The notes: generated by a model not told the origin, from the sequence alone. A stretch of 63,172 nucleotides of DNA, filler included, from Olpidium bornovanus S191 (GCA_017911155.1; 30 parts of 30 records of this genome joined end to end with filler, not necessarily neighbours in it); one strand, 5' to 3'; counted from the whole stretch's first letter, positions 49,732-63,050 are shown. A program made the numbers and translations.

Positions 49732-50495
49732 TTTCGTGCGCTCGGAGACGGCGGCGCGACTGCATTCCCCGGACGGATTCTTTGCAGAACGATATATGAA
49801 ATGGCAATGCGTCTTGTGCGCCGTGACTGCCTCCGTCATGTTATAGCATCACGTAACCACGTCAAGGGGGTGTAACCTCAAGCTGAAACCATCGACCCCT
49901 CTTGTTGCAGCAAACTGCTTTGGTTCGGTTGTTTGACGGTGCTCGAAACGCGCAGGCTCAACCACACGTCAGAAACTATCTTCTGCGCCACGGTTCATCA
50001 GCTGCCAGAATTCTCGTCAATATTGGCAGACGACTGCAAGCAGTTTATAACTAGCAATGTTCTGATTGCTGTATCTCCAACATGTGCAGACCTGACTTCC
50101 ATCGGTTGGAATTAGGGAAACCCCCACCAGGCAGTGTTTTTTGTGCGGCTGCAGCGCAGCAGATTACGCTCCCATCCCCCTGTGTCGAAGCTGCCTGACT
50201 CGACACACCAGCTACCGGTGCTTCAACCCAAGCCCCGGATGCCGTCGTGGGCCAGGGCGTAGTGATGGACGACTTTTGTCCTGTCACCTGGCGCCTGGCC
50301 CGCGCGGAAAAATCCCGGGGTCACGGCAGCGCGCGCGTACTCCCGGCGGACGGCAAAAGCCGCGCGTGCGCCGCCCCGCCGCCAGGCCAGGTCCGCGTCG
50401 CGGAGCAGCGCGCCGTCGCCGTCAGGATCGCCGCCCGGGCGGCCGTCGCGCCCCGCGGGCAGCCGCACCAGCCGGACCACCCCTTCGTCGGCCAC

Positions 50496-50532
<37 letters not shown>

Positions 50533-51273
50533 CCCCCCCCCCGCCCGCCCCCCCCCCCCCCCCTTCCCCCCCCCTCCCCCCCTGGGGACGCCCAGAGCGT
50601 GCCAGCTCGCCGGCGGCGAGTTCGGCGCCGGCCCCGCCCGTTCGCGTCGCCCGGGAGCCCGCGGGGTCGCAGACGGCGTCGCGTGTCCCGCGCGCGCGTT
50701 CTGTGTGAGGCGCGACGGCCGGCAAAGCCGTCCGCGCGCAAACAACGTCCAGGACGGCCGCCGGGTGGAGTTCACGGTTGTGAGAGCGACCGCTGGGACT
50801 CGGACCAGCAAGCAGGCAGACCGGCCGCTCGGCGGCGGACGACAGGTCCGCGTCCTCCGCCTGCGCGGGCCTTCCCCCCCCCCCCCCCCTGCCCCCCCAT
50901 CCCCAAGTGCACCCCACTTCTCAAAGCATCTTACAAAAAAAGGGTGGACTGTTTTCCNNNNNNNNNNNNNNNNNNNNNNNNNNNNNNNNNNNNNNNNNNN
51001 NTTAATTAATTAANNNNNNNNNNNNNNNNNNNNNNNNNNNNNNNNNNNNNNNNNNNNCATGATTGGGGACTGCGGCGGGTGAATCAGGGCAGGCCGCTCG
51101 CCGACTTCACGCGCTTTTTTGCCGAGGCGGGGAAGAATGGCTGTGAGGTGGGGTTTTGATGTGATGTTTGGTCGAACTGCGCGTTTCTCACCGCACAATT
51201 TGGCCGTCGTCGGGTCGCCGCTGCGGTCCCCCTACACCCCCTCCCCCCCTTCCAGCTCCCCACGACCCAACAG

Positions 51274-51479
51274 GCCCGCATTTTTACTCCGTGGGATATA
51301 TCAAGAGAACCCTTTTGGGTTACCCGCTGAACGGGGCGAACGTCTTCATCATTGGGGAGGCTCCTCGCTTCCAGGTGCTGGTCGCAAGATGTAAGATTCC
51401 TGTCTTCTTCCAGCAGTGGAAGCAGCGTGACAAGCGTGTCAACGGCCTGCTTGAGGCCGCGCCTTATTTACAGAAATAG
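51274..51479 (+). CDS. Terminal exon of an unidentified protein
   Basis: CAG acceptor, then PHFYSVGYIKRTLLGYPLNGANVFIIGEAPRFQVLVARCKIPVFFQQWKQRD...YLQK-stop. Globular-looking composition; family not recognised. Confidence 0.4.
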
Positions 51480-51924
51480 CATTGTTCGATGAGCTTGTTC
51501 GACCCCCCGCGAACGGGCGAGTGCCGGTCTCCTCGTTGCTGGCGATCACACCGGCATCAGCATGTTGGAGGCGTGCCGGGTTGTGTTCGGAGGAAGATAG
51601 CGAACGTACGCGGGGAAATTACCGCTTGACGACATTAAAAAAGTATTTCTCTTTGTCAGGAATTGACCGATACTTGGGGCTTGACTGCTTGGTCCAGAGA
51701 TTTTAGGTGCCGCAAGCGATATGATCTCAAAGCCGATCAGGGCGTTTCCCTGATTTTTTTTTTTTTTTTGTGACACATGGGCACGGTAAGCACCGTTTCT
51801 GCTATCGATTGCTTCTAATGTCGTTACGAAGTGCCTTGTCAGTGATTTCTGGTGAAAACTTGGCGTACAAGCAAAACGGAAAGCGCGGCCGTGACCGCGT
51901 CGCCTTCCTCCCCGCAAAATTTAC

Positions 51925-51964
<40 letters not shown>

Positions 51965-52048
51965 CGGGCCCGGGTTTTTTTCGTTTCCGGGGGGTTTCCC
52001 CCTTTTTTCCGGGGGGGGGGTTCCACCCCCCCACTTTTTCCCCCCCCC

Positions 52049-52096
<48 letters not shown>

Positions 52097-52726
52097 TCGG
52101 GCTCGAGCTGTTCTCGATCTGCGACGGTTGTCCCCTTGTTTCACGGGTGGTGCGTCTAACCCTCCAAGTTATACTCTCCGCGCCCTCGCCCGGGGAAGCT
52201 CCCTCCACCCCCTCACCGAGAGAACACTACCCGCCCTCGATCGTACCACGGCCCTTCCACGACAGCTGACCCTGGGTACGACGGCTGCGCCGAGACAAGG
52301 GAATGCCGCGGCCCGTCGCTTTCATAAGCACATGCGGCCGGCGAGTAAACCGAAGACAGTATGATGAGACTGCGGGGTAAAAGATATATACACACATATG
52401 CATGTACACACATATATGGTATGTAATCACAGAGGAAAAGCAAGGAGAAAAGCAAAGACGCCGGGCAAACGCGGACTGACCGGCGAACGCGACGAAGAAC
52501 ATCAGGTTACTGAGCAACAAAAAAGACAAAAAGGGCGAAGGTTGATGCGGATGAGACGAAAACACATACTAAAAAGGGAATTTGGGCGAAATGCGGATAC
52601 GGTAGGTGAAAAAGAAAAAAAAAAAAACAAAAAATAAACGAAGCGGCAAAAAAAAAACAATTTTTTGTTTCGCGCTCCGTCTGGATGCTCGGACGATGAC
52701 GATGATAAAAAAGAAAATTAGCCATG

Positions 52727-53230
52727 TCACAACAGCATATTTGAGCCGCTCGCCTGCTGCTGGCCACCGTGCGGCCCAAAGGCCGGAGCGTTCTGAGAGA
52801 AGATAGGGCCGGGCACGGCGGCGGCGCCGAACCCGCCGGCGGCGGATCGCTGGAAGGCGCCGCCGCCGCCGAACGGCTGCTGCGGAGCTTGCTGGCCGGG
52901 CTGACCGAAGTAGCCGAAAGGAGGGGAAGGCTGGCCGCTCGACAACTGAGGCCCAAACGGCGAGGCCGGGGCCAGCGCGGGCCGCGATGCGCCGCCGCCG
53001 TCGAATGCAGCGAGCTCCGCCAGCGTGCGCGGCAGCTGCGTCTTCCCTGCGCCGGACGCGGCGCTCCTGTCGAACTGCCCGGGGACACCCGTCGAAGCGG
53101 ACGAGAAGGGGTTCTTGCTGGCGAAGGGCGATGGGTTGGCCACCAGGGAGTCCAGGTTGACGAGACCGCTGCTCGCGCTGCCTCCCGGGAGCCCCGAGGT
53201 GAAATTCGCCTGCCGCTGCGCGGCCGCGGA
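52727..53230 (-). CDS. C-terminus of a low-complexity NPF/FG-motif protein (AGFG1/epsin- or nucleoporin-like)
   Basis: ANPSPFASKNPFSS, PFGYFGQPGQQAPQQPFGGGG, GGFGA, PAFGP, ending in a stop at 52727. Confidence 0.5.
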   Translation of the reverse strand, partial: SAAAQRQANFTSGLPGGSASSGLVNLDSLVANPSPFASKNPFSSASTGVPGQFDRSAASGAGKTQLPRTLAELAAFDGGGASRPALAPASPFGPQLSSGQPSPPFGYFGQPGQQAPQQPFGGGGAFQRSAAGGFGAAAVPGPIFSQNAPAFGPHGGQQQASGSNMLL

Positions 53231-53451
53231 TCCCCCCCCCCCCCGCGGTTTTTTTTTTTTTTTTTGGGTGGGGACGGCNNNNNNNNNNNNNNNNNNNNNN
53301 NNNNNNNNNNNNNNNNNNNNNNTTAATTAATTAANNNNNNNNNNNNNNNNNNNNNNNNNNNNNNNNNNNNNNNNNNNNACATGGATTACAACTATTCTCA
53401 CCAGTCAATACAGGCTGAAACAGGTCACAGGATTCAGATTAAACTGCGACG

Positions 53452-53760
53452 CTACTCCATTAGATATGTAGGCTTTCTGAAATCAAGAGGTGAATGCTGA
53501 TTATTACTTACTGCCTTCAACACAGACAATTGCTGCGTCACTGCATCAGGCACCTGACATCCGGCCTCTAGCAATTGCGCGAACCGCTTCCCAAACCCGA
53601 GAGCTGCGCTTGGTTTAAAGGAGGGTCCGGTGCAGGCGAGACTCTGCCCGGCGTAAATCGCGGGAATCGGATAGACGGCAGAGGAGGATTTGAACACCGA
53701 GCGAACGGACGTTTCCTTTTTTGGTGATGGTGGGTCCGCGCGAACTGTTACAGTTATGTA
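53452..53760 (-). CDS. Unidentified protein-like ORF segment
   Basis: VYPIPAIYAGQSLACTGPSFKPSAALGFGKRFAQLLEAGCQVPDAVTQQLSVLKAVSNNQHSPLDF. No family recognised. Confidence 0.35.
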   Translation of the reverse strand, partial: YITVTVRADPPSPKKETSVRSVFKSSSAVYPIPAIYAGQSLACTGPSFKPSAALGFGKRFAQLLEAGCQVPDAVTQQLSVLKAVSNNQHSPLDFRKPTYLME

Positions 53761-54905
53761 TTTTTTGGTCGGAACCCCACAATGTACTACTACTAGTCTA
53801 CGAGACGCGTAAAATACAACGCCCCACGCGGACGGCAAAACACGTAACTCGACACGAACACTAGCGGCAACTTGTCCTGCCTCCGCTCCCGTACATATCT
53901 TCCTCTCCCCGGGGACTTATCGTCTGCAAGGGGTCAGATCAGATATAGATTGGATGTGAATCCGCCAAGATCTACACCGCCAGGAATTAGCGTTAGAATT
54001 AGGGTGCTGGCAAAACCGAAGGTTGCGTTTATCACGTGAAATAAATTGACTGGCACGCTTGCGCAAGAGGCTAATTTTCCTTTTTGCGTATTTAGTCTCG
54101 GAAATGGAGGCGGGAAATGTTGTGTGGGGGTGCGGGAGGTTGAACGCGCGCGCCCAACGCGACCAAGAAAAAGAGGCCCTACAAAGGGAAATTACACTTG
54201 CTACGATCGACCAAAAAACAAAAAAGAAGTCCGCCACCCGATACGGGATTGGAAAAGTTCCCGTTTCTCTGAGATCTCTGGCTCCAGACGCCTGCCGCCC
54301 ACTTTCCCCGCTCAACTGCCAAACGGAAAAAAATTCTTTCCCACCGCGGAGCTTTTCGTCACCGACGCCAAATGTCGAAGCCCAGGGCGCCGAAGTCCCC
54401 GTCTGCAGACGACCCTTCCCCGCTCGGAGCGCCGCTCGGGTGACTGTCGGCGCGGCGCGGAGGCGGCGGCGGCGGCGGCGGCTTTGGCAGCAGCGGCGGC
54501 GCGCGCGCAGTTCCTTCCGCGCGGCTCGTTCTGCTGGCGACGATTGCCTTGCTGTTGTCCGCAGGCGCCGCCAAAACGAGCGGCCGTTCCGCCCACCACT
54601 AGATTGACCACGATCCGGCACAGCAACTACGGCACGGACAAGAAAGACGTCAAAGAGTTGAGTTTTTTCTGTCGCTTTGCTGGAGAAACGCGGCACGTTT
54701 TCGTCCGCAATTTTCCCTGCCGTTTTATTCTATGGCTCTTAAGGGGATGGATGGGCGCTCCGAGCGACTCATGCNNNNNNNNNNNNNNNNNNNNNNNNNN
54801 NNNNNNNNNNNNNNNNNNTTAATTAATTAANNNNNNNNNNNNNNNNNNNNNNNNNNNNNNNNNNNNNNNNNNNNGTGCGGGGCGGGGGGGGGGGGGGGGG
54901 GGGGA

Positions 54906-54962
<57 letters not shown>

Positions 54963-55452
54963 GGGGGGGGGGGGGGGGGGGAAGGTGATCGATCCGTCGG
55001 TCATTCTTGCATTTTGCGGAAGGCTGTTGTAGACGGCAGAGGCTGCAAACTCTTCTACGGCGACGTTGGCAAGCCTCCCCAAAGTACTCGCTTGAGGCAG
55101 AGGCGGTACCAGAGAACCCGGGCGCCCTGCTTTCCACATTACGCCACACCGTGCCAGAATTTGGGCACGCGAAGGGAAGAGCGACGGCCCCCCCCCCAAA
55201 AAAAAAACCTGCGACACCGTCAAAAAGTACCAAAGCCGCACTTCTGCGCCAGAGAAGGAGGGTACACGGGGCAAAGACCGAACTGGAAAAAGCCTATACC
55301 GACTTGCTGGGGTTTTCTACGCGGGAACTGTACGGGCAATCTGGGATTCACAACACCCGATTTGGGTTAATCTAGTCGTACTGTACGGGAGAAAAAAAAA
55401 ATACAGGCCCTAATGAGCCGGCCCCTCCTCGCGGCGTTTACGCGGGCCTCCG

Positions 55453-55900
55453 TCAAGCTCCGCCGTCGTCGTCGTCGTACGCCTCCGCCTCTTCCTCGGC
55501 CCGCTCGAAAAACGCTTCGACGTCGTCGTCCGCCGGGGACTCCGCTCCCGCCTCCGCCGCCCGCGCCGCGAACTCCGCCGACGCCCGCCGCGTCCACGCC
55601 TCGTGCTCCTCGTGCTCCACGATCCGCTTGCGGATGGCGTCGCGCTTCTTCCTGCCGATGTAGTACTGCAGGCCGTTCGGCGACCCGTGCAGCCGCGTCC
55701 CCAGCAGCGTCTTGGCCCGCTCGAGCGCCGAGTGCGCCGACGCCGGGCACAGGTCCAGGACCCGGAGCATGGACGGCCCGTCGTCGTTCCGCTTGCTTGC
55801 CCGGTAGAGGTCCCTGAAGTCGCGGATGTTCAGCGCGTACTTGTGCCGGTCGCGCAGCTCCGTGGCGAGCTCGATCGAATCTTTCATGCGGTCGCAGCTG
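55453..55900 (-). CDS. Terminal exon of a hypothetical alpha-helical protein with an acidic tail
   Basis: RMKDSIELATELRDRHKYALNIRDFRDLYRAS...EEEAEAYDDDDGGA-stop, with strong GC3 codon bias. Confidence 0.55.
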
Positions 55901-56103
55901 GGGGGTCGGGTGACGGTTGGCGTCCAGTCAACGAGATTATTCGTTTTTTTTTCTTTTTTTCGTTTCAATACCTGCACATCGCTCGCTTCCGTATTTTCCT
56001 TTANNNNNNNNNNNNNNNNNNNNNNNNNNNNNNNNNNNNNNNNNNNNTTAATTAATTAANNNNNNNNNNNNNNNNNNNNNNNNNNNNNNNNNNNNNNNNN
56101 NNN

Positions 56104-56958
56104 CATGCCGTGCCCCACGCAGGCCCTCTTTTCATCGTTGAGTTCAAGGCGGGACGGTCGGACCTCTTCTATCTGGTCCCCGACTCTGACGATCAGGTGA
56201 TCAAGCGGGGTGACCTGGTGATCGTCGAGGCCGATCGTGGCAAGGACCTCGGCGTAGTCGTCAACGACGACATCACCCCCGTTCAGGTTCAGATGTTCCA
56301 GCAGCGGCAGGCCGAGGCGGCTGCGGTCGCAGAGATGGGAATGGTCTCAAAAGGCCCGAACTGCCCTGGAGCGGGGCACCCGCAGCAGCTCCAGCTGCAA
56401 ATGAAAGAGCTGCATCCCAAGAGGCTGTACAGGCTCGCGCAACCGGCCGAGATCACGATGCTGATAGCCAAAAGCCAGGACGAGAGCCAGGCGCTGCTAC
56501 TGTGCCAAACGAAAGTGCGGGAAAAGAACCTGGCCATGGAGGTCGTAGATTCTGAGTACCAGTGGTGAGTTTGAATTTGCGGCTACGCAATTAAATTTCC
56601 CCGAGGAGTCATTTTGGCTTGTCCGTTTGGACAATAAAATGGAGTATTTCGAGGCACCCCTCCAACTTTATTGCCTTACTGTCTGCGGCCTCCGGTTGAA
56701 GGCCGCCATTGTTGGAGGCCTTCAGCGTTTGATTGTTGGTTTACTGGTTTCCCGAACCGAGGCGAGGCTTGCCGGTGCTCAGAATGTTCGTTGTGCCTGC
56801 GCAGGGACCGCCGCAAGCTGACGTTCTACTTTGTCGCCGAGCGCCGCATCGACTTTCGTGAACTTGTGCGCGAGCTTTTCAAGATATACAAGACCCGTAT
56901 CTGGATGTGCGCGGTCAACCCTGGCCAGACAGCGTGCGCAGGCGGCATCAAGAACTGA
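56104..56958 (+). CDS. PSP1: PSP1 C-terminal domain protein, 5'-partial
   Basis: [15 protein letters not shown]; [15 protein letters not shown]; [10 protein letters not shown]|[35 protein letters not shown]. Intron 56565-56804. Confidence 0.95.
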
Positions 56959-58648
56959 ACGGCGTGTCAAACGCGAGCCGGAATTGACCCATCTCTGCGC
57001 GTTCGGCAAAGCTGAATTTTTTGCTGCTTGCGCCCTGTGTGTACTGATTCACGCTGTTGCACAGCAGGGGGGGGGGGTTTTTTGCCTCATTCCTTATCCC
57101 CCCCCCCCTCGGCAAATGAAATATAACAGTCATTTCGGCCACGTTCCGAAGACAAGGTGCGTCTCCGCGGCACACAACGACAGCCGCTCATTCTCTCACC
57201 ATACACGAGACTCTTTTTTTGGCTAGAGTAGAAACGACCCTTCACGTGCGGGTTTACGGGGAGGGGGTTTAACTTTTCGATTCCACATCTTTTTTGAGAT
57301 CTCCCCACTTTTTTCCCAAAATGATCCACTCAACGCACCAGAAGCCAGACAGAACACACGCGCCATAATTTTCTTTCTTTTTTTTGGTAAAGGGAATAAT
57401 TTTTTTGTTTTTTTTTTTGTTTATACGGGCTTGCCGGCTCCGTGGATAGGCCGACATCGTTCGTTTTGCGCGGCGGGGCGTCTCGAGAATTTTACCTCCG
57501 CCTTTCGCATGTCCCTCACGGGTAGTTCGAGGCGCGCGCGCGCTGGCGAGACAAAGTTTCCTCGTGCGCTAACGGCGAGGAAGGCATGCACGTCAAAGAA
57601 TGAGAAGATCGTCGGTGTCGGGGTCGGTTGGGTCGTACCGAAAGGACGGCGGCCGTTTAAGTGCGCAGATGCATACATGCATCGCATGTATGCACATTTT
57701 GTGCGCGCGGCCGCGGCTGCTGGCACCAAGTGCGGCGTAGTGTGAGTAATACGATGGCCTATGCAAGCCCGCACTGGCGGCACTCGCACAAGGACCAAAC
57801 GGCGTAGGTCTCGTCGTTGACGGTCGAAAACGCGTCTCTTCGTACAGCGTTCGCATTATCGAAAAAAGAGACAAAGCGACGGAAGAGGGAAGAAAGTAGG
57901 AGACACCCGCATGCGAGTATGGAGGTTCGATTCCTCTCCGTCTTTGGTGCACCGGGTGCGCGCGCGCCTCGGGCGACTGTAACTGCCCGCAAACACAGTG
58001 CGTCCCTCTTTCCGTTCATCACAGGCCGAAGTAGAGAAGCCGCGAGGTTTGAATGGCACGCGGGGGGGCAAGCTGGGAGAAATGTCACGGTACGGCTTGT
58101 CAATGACGTTTTGGGACCCAAACAAGGGGCGCGCGTGACGTTCTTCTCCCCTCTCAGTTTCGCTGCGATCCCCGTTCGCGACGTTTAACGAGGATGATAA
58201 TATGGGTCAGGCAGGAATGGTTTTTTTTCTTTTTTTTTTTTTTTTTTTTTTCACCGGCTTATAGGTTCCAATTAATAGTGGAATGATCTCCACCAATAGA
58301 TGTTTACATCCAGCTGCCAATCCGTTCAGATTCAGAGAGGCGCGGTAAACACCGCGGGGAAATATGACTGCACCTGGCAAATTGTGTTTGATCCTCTTCT
58401 GGCTTCGTTTTTTCAACAGGAACCAAAGCCCCAACGGAGGCCCAGGTGAGAAAAAAACCTGCAAACGCCGACCCCGGGCGCTCTCCTGAGGAAAGCGATG
58501 CTCACCGATCGAGGTGCAGGGACTTGCCGTGGCAGGGGACGCGGAAGTGCCCGGTGCCGGGAAACATCCCGGGGCGGATACCAGTAACCACGCCTGAAGG
58601 AGGCGACCGTATCGGGGAAGGAGGAAGGAGTACAGCACGCCGTCGGCG

Positions 58649-60099
58649 ATGGTGCGGTTGTGTCCGTCGCTCGCAGCGCGACAGCGGGGGTGCTTCCTTC
58701 ACTGCAAGAATGCAAGGGCATTTTCGCCCGCGGAAAGAGCGTGCCTTGGTCGCCCCTTCAAATTCTCTTCGTCACCGCGAGCGTCGCGGCCGGATGCCCC
58801 GCCGCCTCGGGCTGTGGCCCTTTCGGATGTCGTCTTCGCGCCCGACTGCCCTCCCGCGGCGTCGCCGGTCGGCGTGCCCGCCGCGGCTCCCGTTATAATC
58901 CTCCACGGGCTGTTCGGCAAGTGATATCTGCGTTTCCTGGCTCGTGCGAAGCGCGTAGCGTTTTCGTTGAACCCGTCCGCGCGAAAAACGCATGTCACTG
59001 ATGGGCGGCGGTCCTCTCCGGAATTGTCTGACGTTCGCGGTCGGCTCTTTAATTGGGAAAAGGCAGCAAGCAGAACTGGAAGACGCTGGGCAGCGCATTG
59101 GCGCGGGCCGTGGGCGCGCCCGTCCACGCCGTCGACCTGCGGAACCACGGCGAGTCCGCCCACGCCGCCCCGCTGAGCTACGACGCGATGGTCGCAGACG
59201 TGGCAAAATACATCGACGAAAGGGGACTCCGGGACGTGGCGGTCATGGGTCACTCAATGTGCGTCCGGCCATCATTCCCGGCGGGCGGGGCTGTTTCTCG
59301 CCTCCCACAAGTCTTGCCGCGCGTTCTTCCCGTGGGCGAAAAAATTCTGACACCCGTTTGGTCCTTTCGCGACCGGGGCGAAATCCCCGCAGGGGCGGAA
59401 AAGTCGCCATGGCTCTCGCGCTCCAGGGCCACCCGGCCGTGTCAAAACTCGTCGTCCTCGACGTCTCGCCCGTCGACGCCCCCCTCTCGCGCGACTTTGT
59501 GCGCTACCTGGACGTCATGCGCGAGGTGCAGGCCGCGTGCGTCGCCAAGCGGTCGGATGCGGATCGAATCATGCTCGACTCCGTGCCGGAGCTGGACGTG
59601 CGGCAGTTCCTGCTGACAAACCTGAAGAAGGACCCGGACACGGGCCGGTATCACTTCCGGATCCCGCTGGGGATCATCGCCGAATCGCTGGACGACCTCG
59701 GGAAGTTCCCGGTCGGTCCCCGGAGACGGGCGAAAGACGACGCCGCCGCCGCCGCCGCCGATGCCGACGGCAGAGAACGCGGCCGGGACGACGCGACGTA
59801 CGACCGGCCCGCGCTCGTAATATACGGCAGCAGGGCCCGGTACGTCACCGAAGGGACAAAGCCGGTTTTCCGCAGGTTCTTTCCCAACGTCAGGTTCGAG
59901 GAGCTGGATGCGGGGCACTGGGTGAGCCGACGGATTTCCGCTTTCGAGCTCGTTATTTCGCCGCACCCCGCGCGCGGCCGCCCAGCGAACTCTGCTGAAT
60001 TGTTGCGGCGGCGGCCCTTCGCCCCAGGTTCACGCGGAAAAGCCCAGGGAAACGCTGCAGCTGGTATCTGACTTCCTCTTGAGCGGTGGACAGCCGTAA
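58649..60099 (+). CDS. ABHD11: ABHD11/Imo32-like mitochondrial alpha/beta hydrolase, 4 exons
   Basis: Arg-rich N-terminus resembling a presequence; VIILHGLFG(S/N)KQNW; VDLRNHGES; MGHSM|GGKVAM; VRQFLLTNL; LDAGHWV|HAEKP; TAA at 60097-60099. Confidence 0.93.
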
Positions 60100-61673
60100 A
60101 TGCCGCTCACGCAGATCCAACAGGCGTTGGAAGTACTTTTTTAAAAAAAAAGCAGATTTCATTGCGATTTCGTTGCGCTGGGCCGGATGGCGCATAAGGA
60201 TGATCCACCGACTTCACCGACGGCGGGAGGGGAGTCGGAGTTGGTGCTGATGGCGTTGGTGTGTTCGTCTGGGATAGGCGGGGAAAGGGGGGGGGGAAGA
60301 CGGCCCCGTTCGGCAGAGCTGGCCCTTACATGGCGGCTGATCACGTGACTCTCAGAACGCACAATGACAGCTTAGTGGGTTTTTGTTGGACTGTTCGGTG
60401 GTCTCGCTGCCGGATAGATTGTGCGGAGTTGTCATTGCGTCTAAAAAAAACCGCGCGTTTCTGACAGCCGGCCGGTTAAATCACCTTGTTGTAGAATAGT
60501 TGATATAAACATTATAATCATGAACAACCCACATCTGGAGCGGCAGATGCGGGAACAATGCATGAAAGGCCGCAAGCTCATCACCCAGGGCACGCGCCAA
60601 AGGCTTTGACCGGCGTGAGGAACTCGCGGAGACCATTCTGCGCAGCGCAATTGGCACGCTGTGGGCCCACCCTTGGACCAACCCGCTGCGCCGGAAGTCG
60701 GGGCGGGGAGTCGGGTGGACAGCCGGTGTTGCGATCGAGCCGTGCTCCCACTGTTTTGCTTCAGATATTCTCTCGAGCTTTTTCGCTCGTCCTTTTGCCT
60801 CAGCTTTCCCTTTTTAGTTTAGCGTTCCTTTTTTTATTTTACCTTTGCGTTCCGAATATATTCGCTTTGTCTTTTTTACCAAGAGGCTCCCTCGGTGGCT
60901 TTTTCGCGCGTTTTCTCTCTCCGTCATACAAGATACGCCACAGAGGGTCAAAATAAACCGAATCGCGCAATCACTTGCGCGCAAGTCCCCGACGCCTTGG
61001 CGGCAGAAGCAAAAACCAAAAGCTCAAACGTTCGATCGACGGGTCGATTTGCGCGCAGAACCCCCCCCCTTCCGAGCGAAACCGCTTTTTTTAGTCGAAC
61101 ATTCCCGCTCGGACGCACAAGGCGGGTCCCATCGAACGAGCGGTTCGTCGTTGGCAAATCGACGAGAGACTTGCTGCTCTCCGCGGGCACGCCCGTCTGC
61201 CGCCTCGGATACTGTCGAATCTGACTCGGCTTCGGCCGAGTGTCCAGCAGGGCGCTTCCGGGCAGGACTCGACGGGGCGGCGGCAGACCTTGTCGACGGT
61301 CCGCCGTGACTGTGTTCGGCAAGGGCAGAAGGGTGAGTGATAGGGAGCGACGGGCTGTCGGCTGTCGCGTACGGGTGTGGGGCAGGCCAAACGAAGGCCG
61401 ACGGCGGCGCGCGCGGGAAGGTTTCGTTGGCGTTCGGCGAGTGCGGTGGGAGGGGGCCTCTCCAAGCAGGCTGCCGGGCGAGTGAAGTTTCGATGGAAGC
61501 ATGNNNNNNNNNNNNNNNNNNNNNNNNNNNNNNNNNNNNNNNNNNNNTTAATTAATTAANNNNNNNNNNNNNNNNNNNNNNNNNNNNNNNNNNNNNNNNN
61601 NNNCATGGACCATATACGCGTACACGCTCCCATTCCCCTCAAGACTTCGCCCAGATCCCTCTCTCAATCCCTC

Positions 61674-61769
61674 GTCAGCAACCTCGTCCCCTCCCCTCCA
61701 CCTCGCGTCAGCAACCTCGTCCCCTCCCCTCCACCTCGCGTCAGCAACCTCGTCCCCTCCCCTCCACCT
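61674..61769. repeat. 33-bp tandem repeat x about 3 (GTCAGCAACCTCGTCCCCTCCCCTCCACCTCGC)
   Basis: Exact copies at 61674 and 61707, with a truncated third at 61740. In frame as VSNLVPSPPPR in ORF 61605-62180. Confidence 0.95.
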
Positions 61770-62879
61770 GGCCTCCCTTTTCTCCTGCGCCAAGGGGCTA
61801 TGCCCGTCCGCAAAAGGGCAGAGCGAAAAGCAAAGAAAAACGGCTTGCCACTCGTGCGGCATTCTTTCTTTCTCTCGTCGTCGTGGTGGTGGCCCGGTGC
61901 GGTCCTTGCCCGGCGGGTGCGCAGGCCGTTCCGCAATCCCCTGGAGGTTGCCCGGGAGTCCAAAACCGCTCTCGCCCCGCAACAGGTCCGTAAGACCGGT
62001 TGTTGCCGGCAGTATCTGAGCGCCCGTCGCGGCGCGACAAAGACGTGCTTTCTTTTTTGTTTTCATCTCGCGCTTTTTTCTTTTTTCAATTGCCGAGTGG
62101 GGAGAGAAGGGGGAGTTTTCCTCCGCATATTTTTTTCCTCGGTTGGCGACTGCGGGCTAAAAGTCGGGTCGACGGCCTGACGGGCGAATTGACAAAATGT
62201 TCGACGAAAACTAAACGACGTGACGACGGCGAAGGGTTAAGGTCATCGGCCTAACGTGCGCGCGGCCGCGTGAGTATACTCTCTTTCTCTCACTTGGACG
62301 AACGAGCAGCCTATGAGAGTGCCGTCTACGCAGCCGTCTTGTTCATGAAGAAACGGTAAGGGGCGATGTCGCGGGTTCAACGGCGTCTTGCGATCTCGGT
62401 GACCTCCGCGACCGTGCTTTACTTTAGGGCTTGGCGCCGGTGGGGGGGATGGGGTGCAGCGGGAAAAAGAAAAAAAAAATACAGCCGTTCGGCTGGCGGC
62501 AATCTTTCCTTCACGGCCGACAGACAGGAAAAAGAACTCGGCAACGGACAAAAAAAAAAACAAGAAAACGAAAGGAAAACAGAACGGCGCTCTCGGGGCT
62601 GGCCGTTCCTCAGCCAGCGTCTCGACCCTTCACCCAGATTCATTTTCTCTCTTCCTCTCCACGCCCTTTCCCCCGTCTTTAACCACATCAAGACCACGAG
62701 CAATGATCAAACACGTGTTATTTAACTTCAACAGCGGTTGCACTATTTGTAGGGTGAAAGTGAAGCGATTTGGGATAAGCAAAATCGGCACGAGGTCTTC
62801 GGGGAGTGGGGTGAAGGGGGGAAAGCTTGGTCGAAATGAAAAAGCACCAGAAAATGAACCGGCAAAATCTACAACATTC

Positions 62880-63050
62880 TTCCCTCCGCTTTTATCGGGG
62901 CTTGGGACCGGTTGCGCCCGTGAAAAACGCGGAAACCGCATTAAAAAGAATGCGGAAAAGATATATGACACGACGGTGGGCTTTCCCTCTGTATTTATCC
63001 GGGCTTGGGACCGGTCCCGTGCCGCGAAGGGCACGGAAGCTGCATTGAGC
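62880..63050. repeat. Imperfect tandem duplication, period about 100 bp
   Basis: TCCCTC..TTTATC.GGGCTTGGGACCGGT...GGAA.C.GCATT occurs near 62881 and again near 62983. Confidence 0.75.

Noticed and set aside
57876-57944. tRNA-like T-arm GGAGG-TTCGATT-CCTCT with a partial acceptor-like stem
   Set aside because: There is no D-arm or anticodon arm and the acceptor pairing is imperfect. It is at most a chance B-box or hairpin.
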